From an uncultured Gemmatimonadaceae bacterium (lineage in GTDB: Bacteria > Gemmatimonadota > Gemmatimonadetes > Gemmatimonadales > Gemmatimonadaceae), in NCBI GenBank assembly GCA_963761305.1, contig CAVXGK010000002.1, forward strand, positions 3,264,001 through 3,328,000: DNA of 64,000 bases. Direction: 5' to 3'. The notes beneath the pieces are model-generated. The model saw nothing but the letters and a program-made list of their open reading frames with translations. It ran no database searches and was not told the origin of the DNA. The position numbers and the translations under genes were made by a program. Of the stretch, positions 38,274-47,930 are shown one piece after another. Each line of letters opens with the position of its first letter. Positions within the stretch are counted from its first letter, which is position 1.

Positions 38274-39116
38274 TCAGACGTGCGTCGCAGGAGTTCCAAG
38301 GATCTGCTTCGCCCGCTCGACTACCGGTCGATCCACCAGCTCGCCCCGATGGGTAAACACCGCGTCTCCCTGCCTCGCCTCCAACTCGGCGAGCACCGCG
38401 CGCGCCCACGCGACCTCTTCGTCGCTCGGCCGGAATGCGTCGTTCGTGATCGCGATCTGTTTCGGATGAATGCACAGCTTGCCGCCGAACCCGAACGCGT
38501 GACTCCGCGCGGCGTGCCGCGCGAGTAGATCCTGATCGTCGATCGCCAGCGTCACGAGGTCCACCGGCGGCGCGATCCCGGCGACGCGCGATGCGACGAC
38601 GATGCGCGTTCGTACCGGATCGAACGCGCCGTCGCGGTCGTGGATCCCTGTGTCGAGTGTGAAATCCAGCGCGCCGAAGATCACTCGTTCGACGCGCGGC
38701 GACTTCGCCACCTCGAGCACGTTCCACAGTCCCGCGGCCGTCTCGATGATCGGAACGATTGTGTGCTGCGGCGCGATCTTGGCCACGGCGCGCTCGACGT
38801 GCGCCGCGCCGTCCGCTTTCGGCAGCAGCACGCCGCGAATCGCCAGCGTGCACGCCACCGCGAGATCGTCCTCGAACCACGGCGTGAGCGCGCTGTTCAC
38901 GCGCACGTAGACGGGCACGTCGCGCGGGATCGTGGCGCCGAGCAAACCGCGCCGCGCGTCGGCCTTTTCATTCGGCGCGACCGCGTCCTCGAGATCGAGT
39001 ATCACGCGATCCGCGCCACTCGTCGCCGCTTTGGCGAATCGGTCGGGCCGTGTCGCGGGAACGAAGAGCCAAGACCGGGCCGGCGCCGCGTCGGTCCGGT
39101 GGTTGAGTTGGTTCAT
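38274..39116 (-). CDS. CitE-family CoA ester lyase, (S)-citramalyl-CoA lyase-like
   Basis: RSWLFVPA, ILDLEDAV, YVRVN, IIETAAG and GKLCIHPKQ motifs; ATG 39116 overlaps the upstream stop. Confidence 0.9.
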   Translation of the reverse strand: MNQLNHRTDAAPARSWLFVPATRPDRFAKAATSGADRVILDLEDAVAPNEKADARRGLLGATIPRDVPVYVRVNSALTPWFEDDLAVACTLAIRGVLLPKADGAAHVERAVAKIAPQHTIVPIIETAAGLWNVLEVAKSPRVERVIFGALDFTLDTGIHDRDGAFDPVRTRIVVASRVAGIAPPVDLVTLAIDDQDLLARHAARSHAFGFGGKLCIHPKQIAITNDAFRPSDEEVAWARAVLAELEARQGDAVFTHRGELVDRPVVERAKQILGTPATHV

Positions 39117-39604
39117 TCGGTTCGCAGAATGAACTCGTTCGACGGCGCCGCATCGATGACGCTGCCGTCGGTCGCGTACACACCCGCACGGAACCGATAT
39201 GTGCCGGCGACCTGCGGGCTGTTCCACATCGGGCCGCCAGGCCCCGCGACCGCCGCGCTGACGTCGATCTGGAACTGCCGGCTATCGCCCGGCGGGACGT
39301 TATCACCGTCATCATCGCCGGCGCTGAGCACGAAACAGGCGGGACTCCAGACGTTGGACCATCCCGTCCCCGCGTTGCCTTCGATCGACGACATGCAAAT
39401 CGTGAAGGCGACGGTCGCCCTTCCTTGATTCTCGACGGTGACGGCGAGCGGGAAGCGAAGCCAATCGACGTCGCCGGCGTGAACGATCGTTCCCACGATC
39501 GAGTTGCTCGCCACGCTCACCCGCACTTGTGCGTTCGGACCGGTCGGCTCGCCGCATCCGAGTCCGCACGCCACCGCAATCGCCAACAGAATCGATCGTT
39601 TCAT
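39113..39604 (-). CDS. Hypothetical lipoprotein, beta-sandwich-like
   Basis: GGAGG SD; MKRSILLAIAVACGLGC signal/lipobox; internal Cys pair; GTYRFR strand. Confidence 0.75.
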   Translation of the reverse strand: MKRSILLAIAVACGLGCGEPTGPNAQVRVSVASNSIVGTIVHAGDVDWLRFPLAVTVENQGRATVAFTICMSSIEGNAGTGWSNVWSPACFVLSAGDDDGDNVPPGDSRQFQIDVSAAVAGPGGPMWNSPQVAGTYRFRAGVYATDGSVIDAAPSNEFILRTE

Positions 39605-39644
39605 CGATGCCCTCCAGCCCGCGAACCCAGAGAACCGCGCGCAA

Positions 39645-40496
39645 TCATCGCGACACCCACGCCTCGGCCTCGACGGCACGCGCACCCTGGTTGTCCGTCG
39701 ACCACAACTTGAAGTGTCCGTCGTCGGGGGCAGGCGCGCCGTACACGGTGAAATCCGACGTGTCGCACGTAGGGCGCATCGCCCTGAAGTGAAACCGCTC
39801 GATCCGTTCTGCCGTCACCTGCGCCTGCGATAGATCGAGCAACAACGTGGCGATGAGCGGCCCGTGCACCACGAGTCCGGCGTATCCCTCGACGTCCATC
39901 GCGTAGCGGCGGTCGTAGTGAATGCGATGAGTGTTGAACGTCAACGCCGAATACCGAAAGAGCAGCGTCTCAGTCGGGCGAACGGTATGTCGCCACGCTG
40001 CCGCGACGTCACCCGCATCGTCTCGCGGCGCGACTCGCGCCGCGGGCGCCGTGGCTTCCCGATACACGAGATCCTGTTCCTCTTCGATCGCCACGCCGGC
40101 ATCGGTTGCGAATCGGTGGCGCACGGTCACGAAGACCAACGCCGACTCACGTCCCTTCTTCTCTTCGACCGCGATGATCTCCGAGTTGCGCTCGACGCGC
40201 TCGCCGACGCGCAGCGCCCGCCGAAACGTCACGCGGCTTCCGGCCCACAGCCGCCGCGGTAACGGCACCGGCGGAAGAAACCCGCCGCGTTTCGCGTGCC
40301 CGTCCGTCCCGAGGTCGGACTCGCGCGCGACGTGCGGCGCCAACGTCCAATGAAAACCGAGCGGCGCGGCGTCGCCTTCCTTCGGCCACCCCGCCGCGTG
40401 ATCGAGCATCGCATGCCACGCCGCCACACGGCCAGGCGTGATCCAATCAGCCGCAGTTTGCGTGCGGCCGATCCACTGCTTCCAATCGTGCTCCAC
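39645..40496 (-). CDS. MaoC/hotdog-fold (FAS1-like) dehydratase, itaconyl-CoA hydratase-like (start 40496 or 40523)
   Basis: WIGRT, LGTDGHAKRGGFLPPVPLPRRLWAG, LFRYSALTFNTHRIHYD and GLVVHGPL motifs. Confidence 0.9.
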   Translation of the reverse strand: MEHDWKQWIGRTQTAADWITPGRVAAWHAMLDHAAGWPKEGDAAPLGFHWTLAPHVARESDLGTDGHAKRGGFLPPVPLPRRLWAGSRVTFRRALRVGERVERNSEIIAVEEKKGRESALVFVTVRHRFATDAGVAIEEEQDLVYREATAPAARVAPRDDAGDVAAAWRHTVRPTETLLFRYSALTFNTHRIHYDRRYAMDVEGYAGLVVHGPLIATLLLDLSQAQVTAERIERFHFRAMRPTCDTSDFTVYGAPAPDDGHFKLWSTDNQGARAVEAEAWVSR

Positions 40497-40657
40497 CTGA
40501 ACGAATTCGATTCCTCCTGCCACTCGTGGGCCTCATCGCTTGGTACACCGGGATTCTCGTTCGACAGCCTGTCGCCAGCAAGACCGACCTCGATCCGGCA
40601 TCCCGGGTCTCCCCACCGCGTGCCATATTCGTGACCAGCCGAGCACGAGGATCAACG

Positions 40658-41809
40658 TTGGCGCACGAATCTTTCAGCGAAATCAGGGAGGCAATCCGGG
40701 CCCTCTCCGCGGGTTTCCCAGGCTCATACTGGCAGAAACTCGACGCCGAGCAGCGCTACCCGGACGACTTCGTTTCGGCGCTGACCGCCGCGGGTTGGAT
40801 GGCCGCGCTCATCCCGCAGGAGTTCGAGGGTGCGGGACTCGGACTCGCCGAAGCGTCCGTCATCCTCGAGGAGATCAATCGCAACGGCGGCAACTCCGGC
40901 GCGTGCCACGGCCAACTCTACAACATGGGCACGCTGTTGCGGCACGGGTCGGAGGAACAGAAGCAACAGTACCTCCCGCCCATCGCGCGCGGCGAAGTGC
41001 GTTTGCAATCCATGGCCGTCACCGAACCGACGACCGGCACCGATACGACCAAGACCGCCACCTTCGCCGTCAAGCGCGGCGACCGCTACGTCGTCAACGG
41101 CCAGAAGGTGTGGCTCTCCCGAGCGCACCATTCGGATCTGCTCATCCTCCTCGCGCGCACGTCTCCGTACACCGCCTCCGCACGCACGCAGGGGATGTCG
41201 CTTTTTCTCGTCGACATCAAGGCGTCGCTCGGCAACGGGCTCACGTTGCGGCCGATCCGCAACATGGTGAATCACGAGACGAGCGAGGCGTTTTTTACCG
41301 ACCTCGAGATCCCAGCCGCGAATCTCATCGGCGAGGAAGGGAAGGGTTTTCGTTACATCCTCGACGGACTCAACGCCGAGCGCACGCTCATCGCCGCCGA
41401 GTGCATCGGCGATGCGCGATGGTTCGTCGACAAGGCGACCAAATACGCCAACGAGCGCGTCGTCTTCGACCGGCCGATCGGTCGCAACCAGGGCGTACAG
41501 TTTCCGATCGCCGAGTGCCACATGGAGACCGAGGCGGCCGATCTCATGCGCTGGAAGGCGTGCGCGCTGTTCGACAACCACGAGCCGTGCGGCGCCGAAG
41601 CGAACATCGCCAAGTACCTCGCTGCGAAAGCCTCGTGGGAGGCGGCGAACGTGTGCCTCCAGACGCACGGCGGGTTCGGGTTCGCCGCCGAGTACGACGT
41701 CGAGCGCAAGTTCCGCGAGACGCGCCTCTATCAGGTCGCCCCGATCTCGACGAATCTGATTCTCTCGTACGTCGCCGAGCACGTCCTCGGACTCCCGCGC
41801 TCGTTCTGA
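40658..41809 (+). CDS. Acyl-CoA dehydrogenase
   Basis: GAGG SD then TTG 40658; VTEPTTGTD, NGQKVW, RVVFDRPIG and QTHGGFG motifs. Confidence 0.94.
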   Translation: MAHESFSEIREAIRALSAGFPGSYWQKLDAEQRYPDDFVSALTAAGWMAALIPQEFEGAGLGLAEASVILEEINRNGGNSGACHGQLYNMGTLLRHGSEEQKQQYLPPIARGEVRLQSMAVTEPTTGTDTTKTATFAVKRGDRYVVNGQKVWLSRAHHSDLLILLARTSPYTASARTQGMSLFLVDIKASLGNGLTLRPIRNMVNHETSEAFFTDLEIPAANLIGEEGKGFRYILDGLNAERTLIAAECIGDARWFVDKATKYANERVVFDRPIGRNQGVQFPIAECHMETEAADLMRWKACALFDNHEPCGAEANIAKYLAAKASWEAANVCLQTHGGFGFAAEYDVERKFRETRLYQVAPISTNLILSYVAEHVLGLPRSF

Positions 41810-41811
41810 CG

Positions 41812-42990
41812 ATGCGGCCGCTCGACGGCATCACCGTCGTCTCGCTCGAGCAAGCCGTGTCGGCGCCGTTCTGCACACGCCAACTCGCCGACTACGGCGC
41901 TCGCGTCATCAAGATCGAACGTCCCGGCGAGGGCGACTTCGCGCGGAAGTACGACCGCGCGGTCAAAGGGCAGTCGTCGTACTTCGTGTGGTTGAATCGA
42001 TCGAAGGAGAGCGTCACGCTCGACGTGTCGCAGCCGGCGGCGCGCGAGGTGCTCGATCGCCTGCTCGCGCACGCGGACGTGCTGGTGCAGAACCTTGGCC
42101 CCGGCGCCACGGGGCGGCTCGGTCTCGACTGGCCGTCGCTCGCCGATCGATTCCCGCGATTGATTCTCGTCGACATCTCGGGCTACGGCGACGGCGGCCC
42201 GATGTCCGATCGCAAGGCGTACGATCTGCTCGTCCAAGCCGAGACCGGGCTCCTCTCCGTGACCGGCTCGGACGACACGCCGTCACGCGCCGGCGTCTCC
42301 ATCGCCGACATCGCCGCCGGCATGTATGCGTATTCGGGAACGCTCATGGCGCTGCTCCAGCGCGGCCAGACCGGACGCGGCACGCGCGTCGCCGTGTCGA
42401 TGCTCGACGCGCTCGGCGAGTGGATGAGCCAGCCGATGTACTTCGGGAAATACTCCGGCGTCGCGCCGGCTCGCACTGGCGCGTCGCATCCGACCATCGC
42501 GCCGTACGGCCCGCACCGCGCCGGCGACGGCCACGACGTCCTATTCGGAATCCAAAACGATCGCGAGTGGACGCGTTTCTGCGCCGACGTCCTCGGCGCA
42601 CCCAAGCTGGCAAGCGACGACCGTTTCGCCGACAATCCGCGTCGGGTGGCCAACCGCGCCGACCTCACACGAGTCATCGAGCAGGCGTTCGACGGGATGA
42701 CGAGCGAAGACGTGGTGCGCCGTCTCGACGCGGCGGGCATCGCGAACGGCCGACTCAACGACGTTCATGAATTCGCCGCCCACGATCAACTTCGCGCGCG
42801 CAACCGGTGGCGATCCATCGCGACGGAGTCCGGCGATTTCGACGCCTTGCTTCCTCCGGCGACGCTCGACGGCGTTGACGCGGCGATGGGCGGCGTGCCG
42901 AGCTTGGGCCAACATACCGACGGCGTGCTGGCCGAGCTCGGCTACGACGCCGCTACAATAAATCAGATGCGGGCGACGAGGGCGATATGA
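41812..42990 (+). CDS. Family III (CaiB/BaiF) CoA-transferase, itaconate CoA-transferase-like
   Basis: MRPLDGITVVSLEQAVSAPF, GARVIKIERP, NRSKES, ADIAAG and PSLGQHT motifs; true start is ATG 41812. Confidence 0.94.
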   Translation: MRPLDGITVVSLEQAVSAPFCTRQLADYGARVIKIERPGEGDFARKYDRAVKGQSSYFVWLNRSKESVTLDVSQPAAREVLDRLLAHADVLVQNLGPGATGRLGLDWPSLADRFPRLILVDISGYGDGGPMSDRKAYDLLVQAETGLLSVTGSDDTPSRAGVSIADIAAGMYAYSGTLMALLQRGQTGRGTRVAVSMLDALGEWMSQPMYFGKYSGVAPARTGASHPTIAPYGPHRAGDGHDVLFGIQNDREWTRFCADVLGAPKLASDDRFADNPRRVANRADLTRVIEQAFDGMTSEDVVRRLDAAGIANGRLNDVHEFAAHDQLRARNRWRSIATESGDFDALLPPATLDGVDAAMGGVPSLGQHTDGVLAELGYDAATINQMRATRAI

Positions 42991-44369
42991 CCACAGTGAC
43001 AACGGCAACGATTGGCGCGACGGGGACCCGCGCTCTGGCGGAGTTCGCCGCCGAGCTCCGCTACGACGACATCCCCGCGCACGTGATCGAAGGCGCGAAG
43101 GATCTCATGGTCGATTGGCTGGGATCCGCGCTGGCGGGGAAGGGCGCGCGGCCGGTCGTCGCACTCGAACAGTTCGCCGTCGAGATGGGCCCGCGCGACG
43201 GGCCGTCGGAGATCATCCCGAGCCGCGGCGCCACGAGCCCGTTGTTCGCCGCGCTGATCAACGGCGCTGCGTCGCACGTCGCCGAGCAGGACGACGTTCA
43301 CAACGGTGCGGTGTTCCATCCAGCGACGGTCGTGTTTCCGGCGGTGCTCGCCGTCGCGCAATCCGAACGTGCATCCGGGCGCGAGCTGCTCGCCGCCGCG
43401 GTCGCCGGCTACGAGGTCGGGATTCGCGTCGGAGAGTTCCTCGGCCGCTCGCACTACAAGATCTTTCATACGACCGGCACCGCCGGCACCATCGCCTCCG
43501 CGGCCGCCGTCGCTCGCCTCCTCAACCTCGACGCCGACGCAACGCAACACGCGATCGGTTCCGCGGGCACGCAGGCCGCCGGTCTCTGGGAGTTTCTCCG
43601 CGACGCCGCCGACTCGAAGCAGCTTCACACCGCCAAGGCGGCGGCCGACGGTCTTCTCTCGGCGTATCTCGCCCGATCGGGCGTGACCGGCGCGCGGCGA
43701 ATCCTCGAGGGTGCGCAAGGCCTCGCCGCCGGCATGTCCCACGACGCCGATCCGTCCAGGCTGACCGACCAACTCGGCGTTCGCTGGGCGACGATTGAGA
43801 CTTCTTACAAGCTGCACGCATCGTGTCGGCACACCCATCCCGCCGCCGACGCGCTGCTGTCGCTGATGGAACAGGAACGTCTGTCCCACGACCAGATCGC
43901 GCGCGTCACCGCGCGCGTCCATCAGGGCGCCATCGATGTGCTCGGCCAAGTCGCCGAGCCGACGAGCGTTCATCAGGCCAAGTTCTCGATGGGCACGGTC
44001 CTTGGCCTCATCGCCGTGCGCCGGAGCGCCGGGCTCGACGACTTCGAGCATGCGCTCGACGACGCGCGAGTGTCGGCATTTCGAGATCGCGTGCGCATGG
44101 TGCTCGATGACGAAGTCGATGCCGCCTACCCGCGCCGGTGGCTCGGCCGAGTGGACGTAGAAACGACGGATGGCCGCACGCTGCGCGGGCGAGTGGACGT
44201 GCCGAAAGGTGATCCGGGAAACTCGCTGTCGCGCACAGAGCTCGAGCAGAAAGCCGTGCGCCTCGCGCGGTTCGGCGCGGCCGCGACAGAGTCCGAGGTT
44301 CGCGCGGCGATAGAGCGGATCTGGAGACTGGATTCAGTCGAGCGAGTGGAGCGTTTGGTTCGCGGCTGA
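42987..44369 (+). CDS. MmgE/PrpD family protein
   Basis: NGAASHVAEQDDVH, FHPATVV, KLHASCRHTH, AKFSM and PKGDPGN motifs; ATGA-coupled to the CoA-transferase. Confidence 0.93.
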   Translation: MTTVTTATIGATGTRALAEFAAELRYDDIPAHVIEGAKDLMVDWLGSALAGKGARPVVALEQFAVEMGPRDGPSEIIPSRGATSPLFAALINGAASHVAEQDDVHNGAVFHPATVVFPAVLAVAQSERASGRELLAAAVAGYEVGIRVGEFLGRSHYKIFHTTGTAGTIASAAAVARLLNLDADATQHAIGSAGTQAAGLWEFLRDAADSKQLHTAKAAADGLLSAYLARSGVTGARRILEGAQGLAAGMSHDADPSRLTDQLGVRWATIETSYKLHASCRHTHPAADALLSLMEQERLSHDQIARVTARVHQGAIDVLGQVAEPTSVHQAKFSMGTVLGLIAVRRSAGLDDFEHALDDARVSAFRDRVRMVLDDEVDAAYPRRWLGRVDVETTDGRTLRGRVDVPKGDPGNSLSRTELEQKAVRLARFGAAATESEVRAAIERIWRLDSVERVERLVRG

Positions 44370-44436
44370 AACCCCTGCCAACCCAGCCCCGTACCATGCC
44401 TCACCATCCCGTGCCCCCGTTCCCGAGCGCCTGACT

Positions 44437-46887
44437 GTGCCCTCGATCGCCAGCGACCTTCGTCTCTCCGCCCGCCGCGCACTCAAGCGCCCGGGGTTCA
44501 CCATCGTCGCGCTCCTCTCGCTCACGCTCGGCATTGGAGCGAACACGGCTGTCTTCAGCCTGGTGAACGCGATCCTCCTCCGCCACGCGCCGATTCCGCA
44601 CTCGGAGCAAATCGCTGAGGTCTTTCAGAAACAGACGGACTTCGCCTACGCGCCGTTTTCGTATCCGGACTACGTCGACTTTCGACGCGCGACGGCGGGG
44701 ACGTTCACACAGATCTCGATGTCGATGTTCACGGTCGCTGCGCACGACCTGGGCGATCACGTCGAGTCGCTGATGGGCGAGATGGTGAACGGCGACTATT
44801 TCCCGCTGCTCGGCCTTCGCCCAGCGGCGGGCCGCCTGCTCGGTCCGCAGGATGACATCACTCCCGGCGCGCATCCGGTCGTCGTGCTCTCGCACGACTA
44901 TTGGCAGCGCGCATTCGCGAGCGATCCATCGGCGGTCGGACGCACGATGCGACTCTCGGGGCGCGAGTACACGATCGTCGGCGTTGCGCCGGCGTCCTAC
45001 ACCGGGATCGTGAACGGCATCGCGCCGGCGGTGTTCGTGCCGGTCCAGATGATCAACCAGCTGCAGCCGGACACTCGCGACCAGCTCGTGCAGCGATCCA
45101 ACCACTCAGGGTTCATCAAAGCGCGACTCGCTCCCGGCGCGTCGATGGTGCAGGCGAAAGAGGTCGCCGCTCGCTTCACGGCCGACATGCTGAAGAAGTA
45201 TCCGGCGAACTGGCCGACGGGGACGGCGCTCACCGTCATTCCGATGGACAAGGTCGCGGTGAATCCGCTGATCGATCCCATCGTCGTGCCGGCGGCCGCG
45301 GCGCTGATGGTCGTCGTCGGACTCGTGCTGCTCGTCGCTTGCGCGAACCTCGCCAGCTTCCTCCTCGCGCAGGCGCGCGACCGTCGCAAGGAAGTCGCAA
45401 TCCGCTTGGCCATCGGCGCCAAGCGCAGCGTGCTCGTGCGACAGTTCCTCGTCGAATCGCTGCTGCTCTCGGCGACGGGCGGCGTGTTGGGCGTCATCGT
45501 GTCGGGCGTCGCGCTCCGCGCCGTGCTGCATGCCGACCTGCCGCTCCCGCTCCCCATCACGCTCGACGTTTCGCTGGATTGGCGCGTGCTCTCATTCGCC
45601 ATCGCCGCGTCGGCGATCGCCGGCGTGCTGTTCGGACTATTGCCGGCCCTGCAAGCGACGCGGGCGACCGTCGTCGAGACAATCAAGCACGAAAACGCCG
45701 ACGGCGGTCCGACCCGCCGCTTCACCGTTCGCAACGCGCTCGTCGTCGGTCAGGTCGCGGTGTCACTCACACTGCTCATCACCGCATCGCTCTTTTTGCG
45801 AAGCCTGCAAGCCCGCGCGACGGTGAACCCCGGTTTCGGCGCGTCGCCGGCCGGCATGCTGTGGATGGCGATTCCCGCCGACCGCTACGACTCGACGAAA
45901 CAGCGCCTCCTGCTCGCCGACATCGAGCGTCGCATGGCGCGAATTCCTGGCGTCGTCACCGTCGGCGCGATCGACAACATGCTGCTCAACGTGCTGAGCC
46001 AGCAGGGCAAACGCATTCGCGTTCCCGGCGTCACGCCGCCCAAGGGGCAAGACCGGTTCGACGTCGACTTCTCGGCCGTCGATTCGGGATTCTTCGGAGC
46101 GATCGGAATCACCATCGTGCGCGGCCGCGGCATCACCGCCACCGACGCACTCGGCGCCCCGCGAGTCGCCGTGATCAACGAGACGATGGCCAACCGCTTC
46201 TGGCCCGGCAAGGAGGCCGTCGGCCAGACGTTCAGCACAGACTCCGTGACCTACCAGGTCGTCGGCGTCGCGCACGACACGAAGGTTCGCACGCTCGGCG
46301 AGGACCCGCGCCCGTTCATCTTCACGTCGATCCTGCAGGAATTCTCGATGACGTCGATGCTCGTCGCCCGTACCAGCGGCGACGCCGACCGCACGGCGAC
46401 CGAGATGCTCGCCACGTTGCGTGCCGTCGATCCGAATCTCATGGCGATCCAGGTGAAGACGATGTCCCGCCACCTCGCCGCGATGTTGCTTCCGGCGCGA
46501 CTCGGCGCGATGGCGTTCATGCTCTTCGCCGCACTGGCGCTCGCGCTTGCCGTGCTCGGCGTCTACGGGGTCGTCGGGTACGCGGTCTCGCGCCGCTCGC
46601 GCGAAGCCGGCATCCGTTTGGCCGTCGGCGCCCAGCCGCGGGCGATCGTTCGCCTGCTCATGCGCGAAGGCGTGCTGCTGGTGTCGGTCGGTACGGGAAT
46701 CGGCCTGCTCCTCGGCCTCGGTGCCGCGCAGGTGCTGCGGACCCTGTTGTACGGCGTGGGCGCCGGCGATCCGGTCACCTTCATCGCCGCGCCCGTGATA
46801 CTGCTGGCCGTGGGAGCGATGGCGGCATTTCTGCCCGCGCGGAGAGCAGGGCGAGTGGATCCGGCGAGTGTGCTGAGGGCGGAGTGA
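44437..46887 (+). CDS. ABC transporter permease, duplicated MacB/FtsX (ADOP-type), no adjacent ATPase
   Basis: PGFTIVALLSLTLGIGANTAVFS, LLVACANLA, EVAIRLAIGA and PARRAGRVDP motifs. Confidence 0.93.
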   Translation: MPSIASDLRLSARRALKRPGFTIVALLSLTLGIGANTAVFSLVNAILLRHAPIPHSEQIAEVFQKQTDFAYAPFSYPDYVDFRRATAGTFTQISMSMFTVAAHDLGDHVESLMGEMVNGDYFPLLGLRPAAGRLLGPQDDITPGAHPVVVLSHDYWQRAFASDPSAVGRTMRLSGREYTIVGVAPASYTGIVNGIAPAVFVPVQMINQLQPDTRDQLVQRSNHSGFIKARLAPGASMVQAKEVAARFTADMLKKYPANWPTGTALTVIPMDKVAVNPLIDPIVVPAAAALMVVVGLVLLVACANLASFLLAQARDRRKEVAIRLAIGAKRSVLVRQFLVESLLLSATGGVLGVIVSGVALRAVLHADLPLPLPITLDVSLDWRVLSFAIAASAIAGVLFGLLPALQATRATVVETIKHENADGGPTRRFTVRNALVVGQVAVSLTLLITASLFLRSLQARATVNPGFGASPAGMLWMAIPADRYDSTKQRLLLADIERRMARIPGVVTVGAIDNMLLNVLSQQGKRIRVPGVTPPKGQDRFDVDFSAVDSGFFGAIGITIVRGRGITATDALGAPRVAVINETMANRFWPGKEAVGQTFSTDSVTYQVVGVAHDTKVRTLGEDPRPFIFTSILQEFSMTSMLVARTSGDADRTATEMLATLRAVDPNLMAIQVKTMSRHLAAMLLPARLGAMAFMLFAALALALAVLGVYGVVGYAVSRRSREAGIRLAVGAQPRAIVRLLMREGVLLVSVGTGIGLLLGLGAAQVLRTLLYGVGAGDPVTFIAAPVILLAVGAMAAFLPARRAGRVDPASVLRAE

Positions 46888-46891
46888 ACTT

Positions 46892-46980
46892 CAACGGCAG
46901 TTGTTAGTTGACAGTTGTCAGTTGAAGCGTTCAGTCACCGACTACTCCGACTGAATACCGTCGATTGCCGACCGTCGTTG
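46892..46980. repeat. REP-like imperfect palindrome with heptamer periodicity (family 2, begins CAACGGCAG)
   Basis: CAACGGC-AGTTGTT-AGTTGAC-AGTTGTC-AGTTGAA left arm; inner TTCAGTC/GACTGAA stem; ends CGTTG. Confidence 0.6.
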
Positions 46981-47063
46981 CGGCGATACCCCGCCGGCCT
47001 TGCCATTTTCGGCGGACCCTCGCAGTCTGATCCGGGTACCGGCTCGCCATCACGGAGGCCACT

Positions 47064-47816
47064 ATGCGCACTCGATCTCTTGTCGTCGCCGCATCCTTCG
47101 CGTTCCCGCTCTGTCTGGCCGCGCAAGCTCGCCCGCCGGTCCGCGTTCCTCCTCCACCGCCCCCGCCTTCAACGCGTCCGCCACAGGCTGCGCCGCAGCC
47201 CGCCGCGGTGGCGCGCCAGCTTCAGTACCGGCGGTCGCGCTGGGGTGCCGAGGCGTTCTCGATGATCACGTTGGGCCAGGTGCCGGCCGACAACGGCACG
47301 CTCACGCGATATACGAGTTTCGGCAACGGCCTGCGCGGCGACTATCGCTTCACCGACCACTGGTCGGCCACGATCGACGTGACCGCGTCGTACCTGTTTT
47401 CGCCGACGATCACCGAGTCGGGTGAGATCGGGACCCGTTACTCGCCGCTGTCGCTCGACCGCGAGCTGCGCCCCTTCCTCGTCGGGCGCCTCGGCTACAT
47501 GCACATGTACGACACCTTCCTCACGTCGGTCAGCCCATCGCTCAACGGTGGTTTCGGCGGCAACGACTACACCGACGTCGGACGATACACTCAGGGCTTC
47601 GGCGCTTCACTCGGCACCGGTGTAGAGTTTCCTCTTACACGATCGCTGCTGCTGACGAGCGAATTGTCGGCGATGCGCAACCGGATGACCACGTATCGCA
47701 TCGACGCGTCGCTGCCAGAGGATCGCAGCTTCTGGATGACGGGCTTCCGGTTCGCGGTCGGGGTCAAATTGAATCCGATGCAGACGTTGCACCTGGATCA
47801 GAAGCCCACGATGTGA
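47064..47816 (+). CDS. Hypothetical outer membrane beta-barrel protein with Pro-rich N-terminal linker
   Basis: GGAGG SD; signal peptide; PPPPPP tract; alternating strands RPFLVGRLGY and GFRFAVGVKL. Confidence 0.75.
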   Translation: MRTRSLVVAASFAFPLCLAAQARPPVRVPPPPPPPSTRPPQAAPQPAAVARQLQYRRSRWGAEAFSMITLGQVPADNGTLTRYTSFGNGLRGDYRFTDHWSATIDVTASYLFSPTITESGEIGTRYSPLSLDRELRPFLVGRLGYMHMYDTFLTSVSPSLNGGFGGNDYTDVGRYTQGFGASLGTGVEFPLTRSLLLTSELSAMRNRMTTYRIDASLPEDRSFWMTGFRFAVGVKLNPMQTLHLDQKPTM

Positions 47817-47823
47817 GTCCGCA

Positions 47824-47909
47824 CAACGGCAGCCGTTGTCGACGGTCTTCAGTGAGGTCGCCATGGCTGAGAACCTCCAACTGAGACCACCGACTGACAA
47901 CTGCCGTTG
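47824..47909. repeat. REP-like imperfect palindrome (family 2) between convergent genes; possible bidirectional terminator
   Basis: CAACGGCAG (47824-47832) pairs with CTGCCGTTG (47901-47909); the arms pair further inward. Confidence 0.65.
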
Positions 47910-47930
47910 GACGTTCGGTCGGTACTTCCG

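Noticed and set aside
40540..42990. Apparent 816-aa fusion ending in a CoA-transferase
   Set aside because: The first 424 codons are an off-frame read of the acyl-CoA dehydrogenase; the real gene starts at ATG 41812
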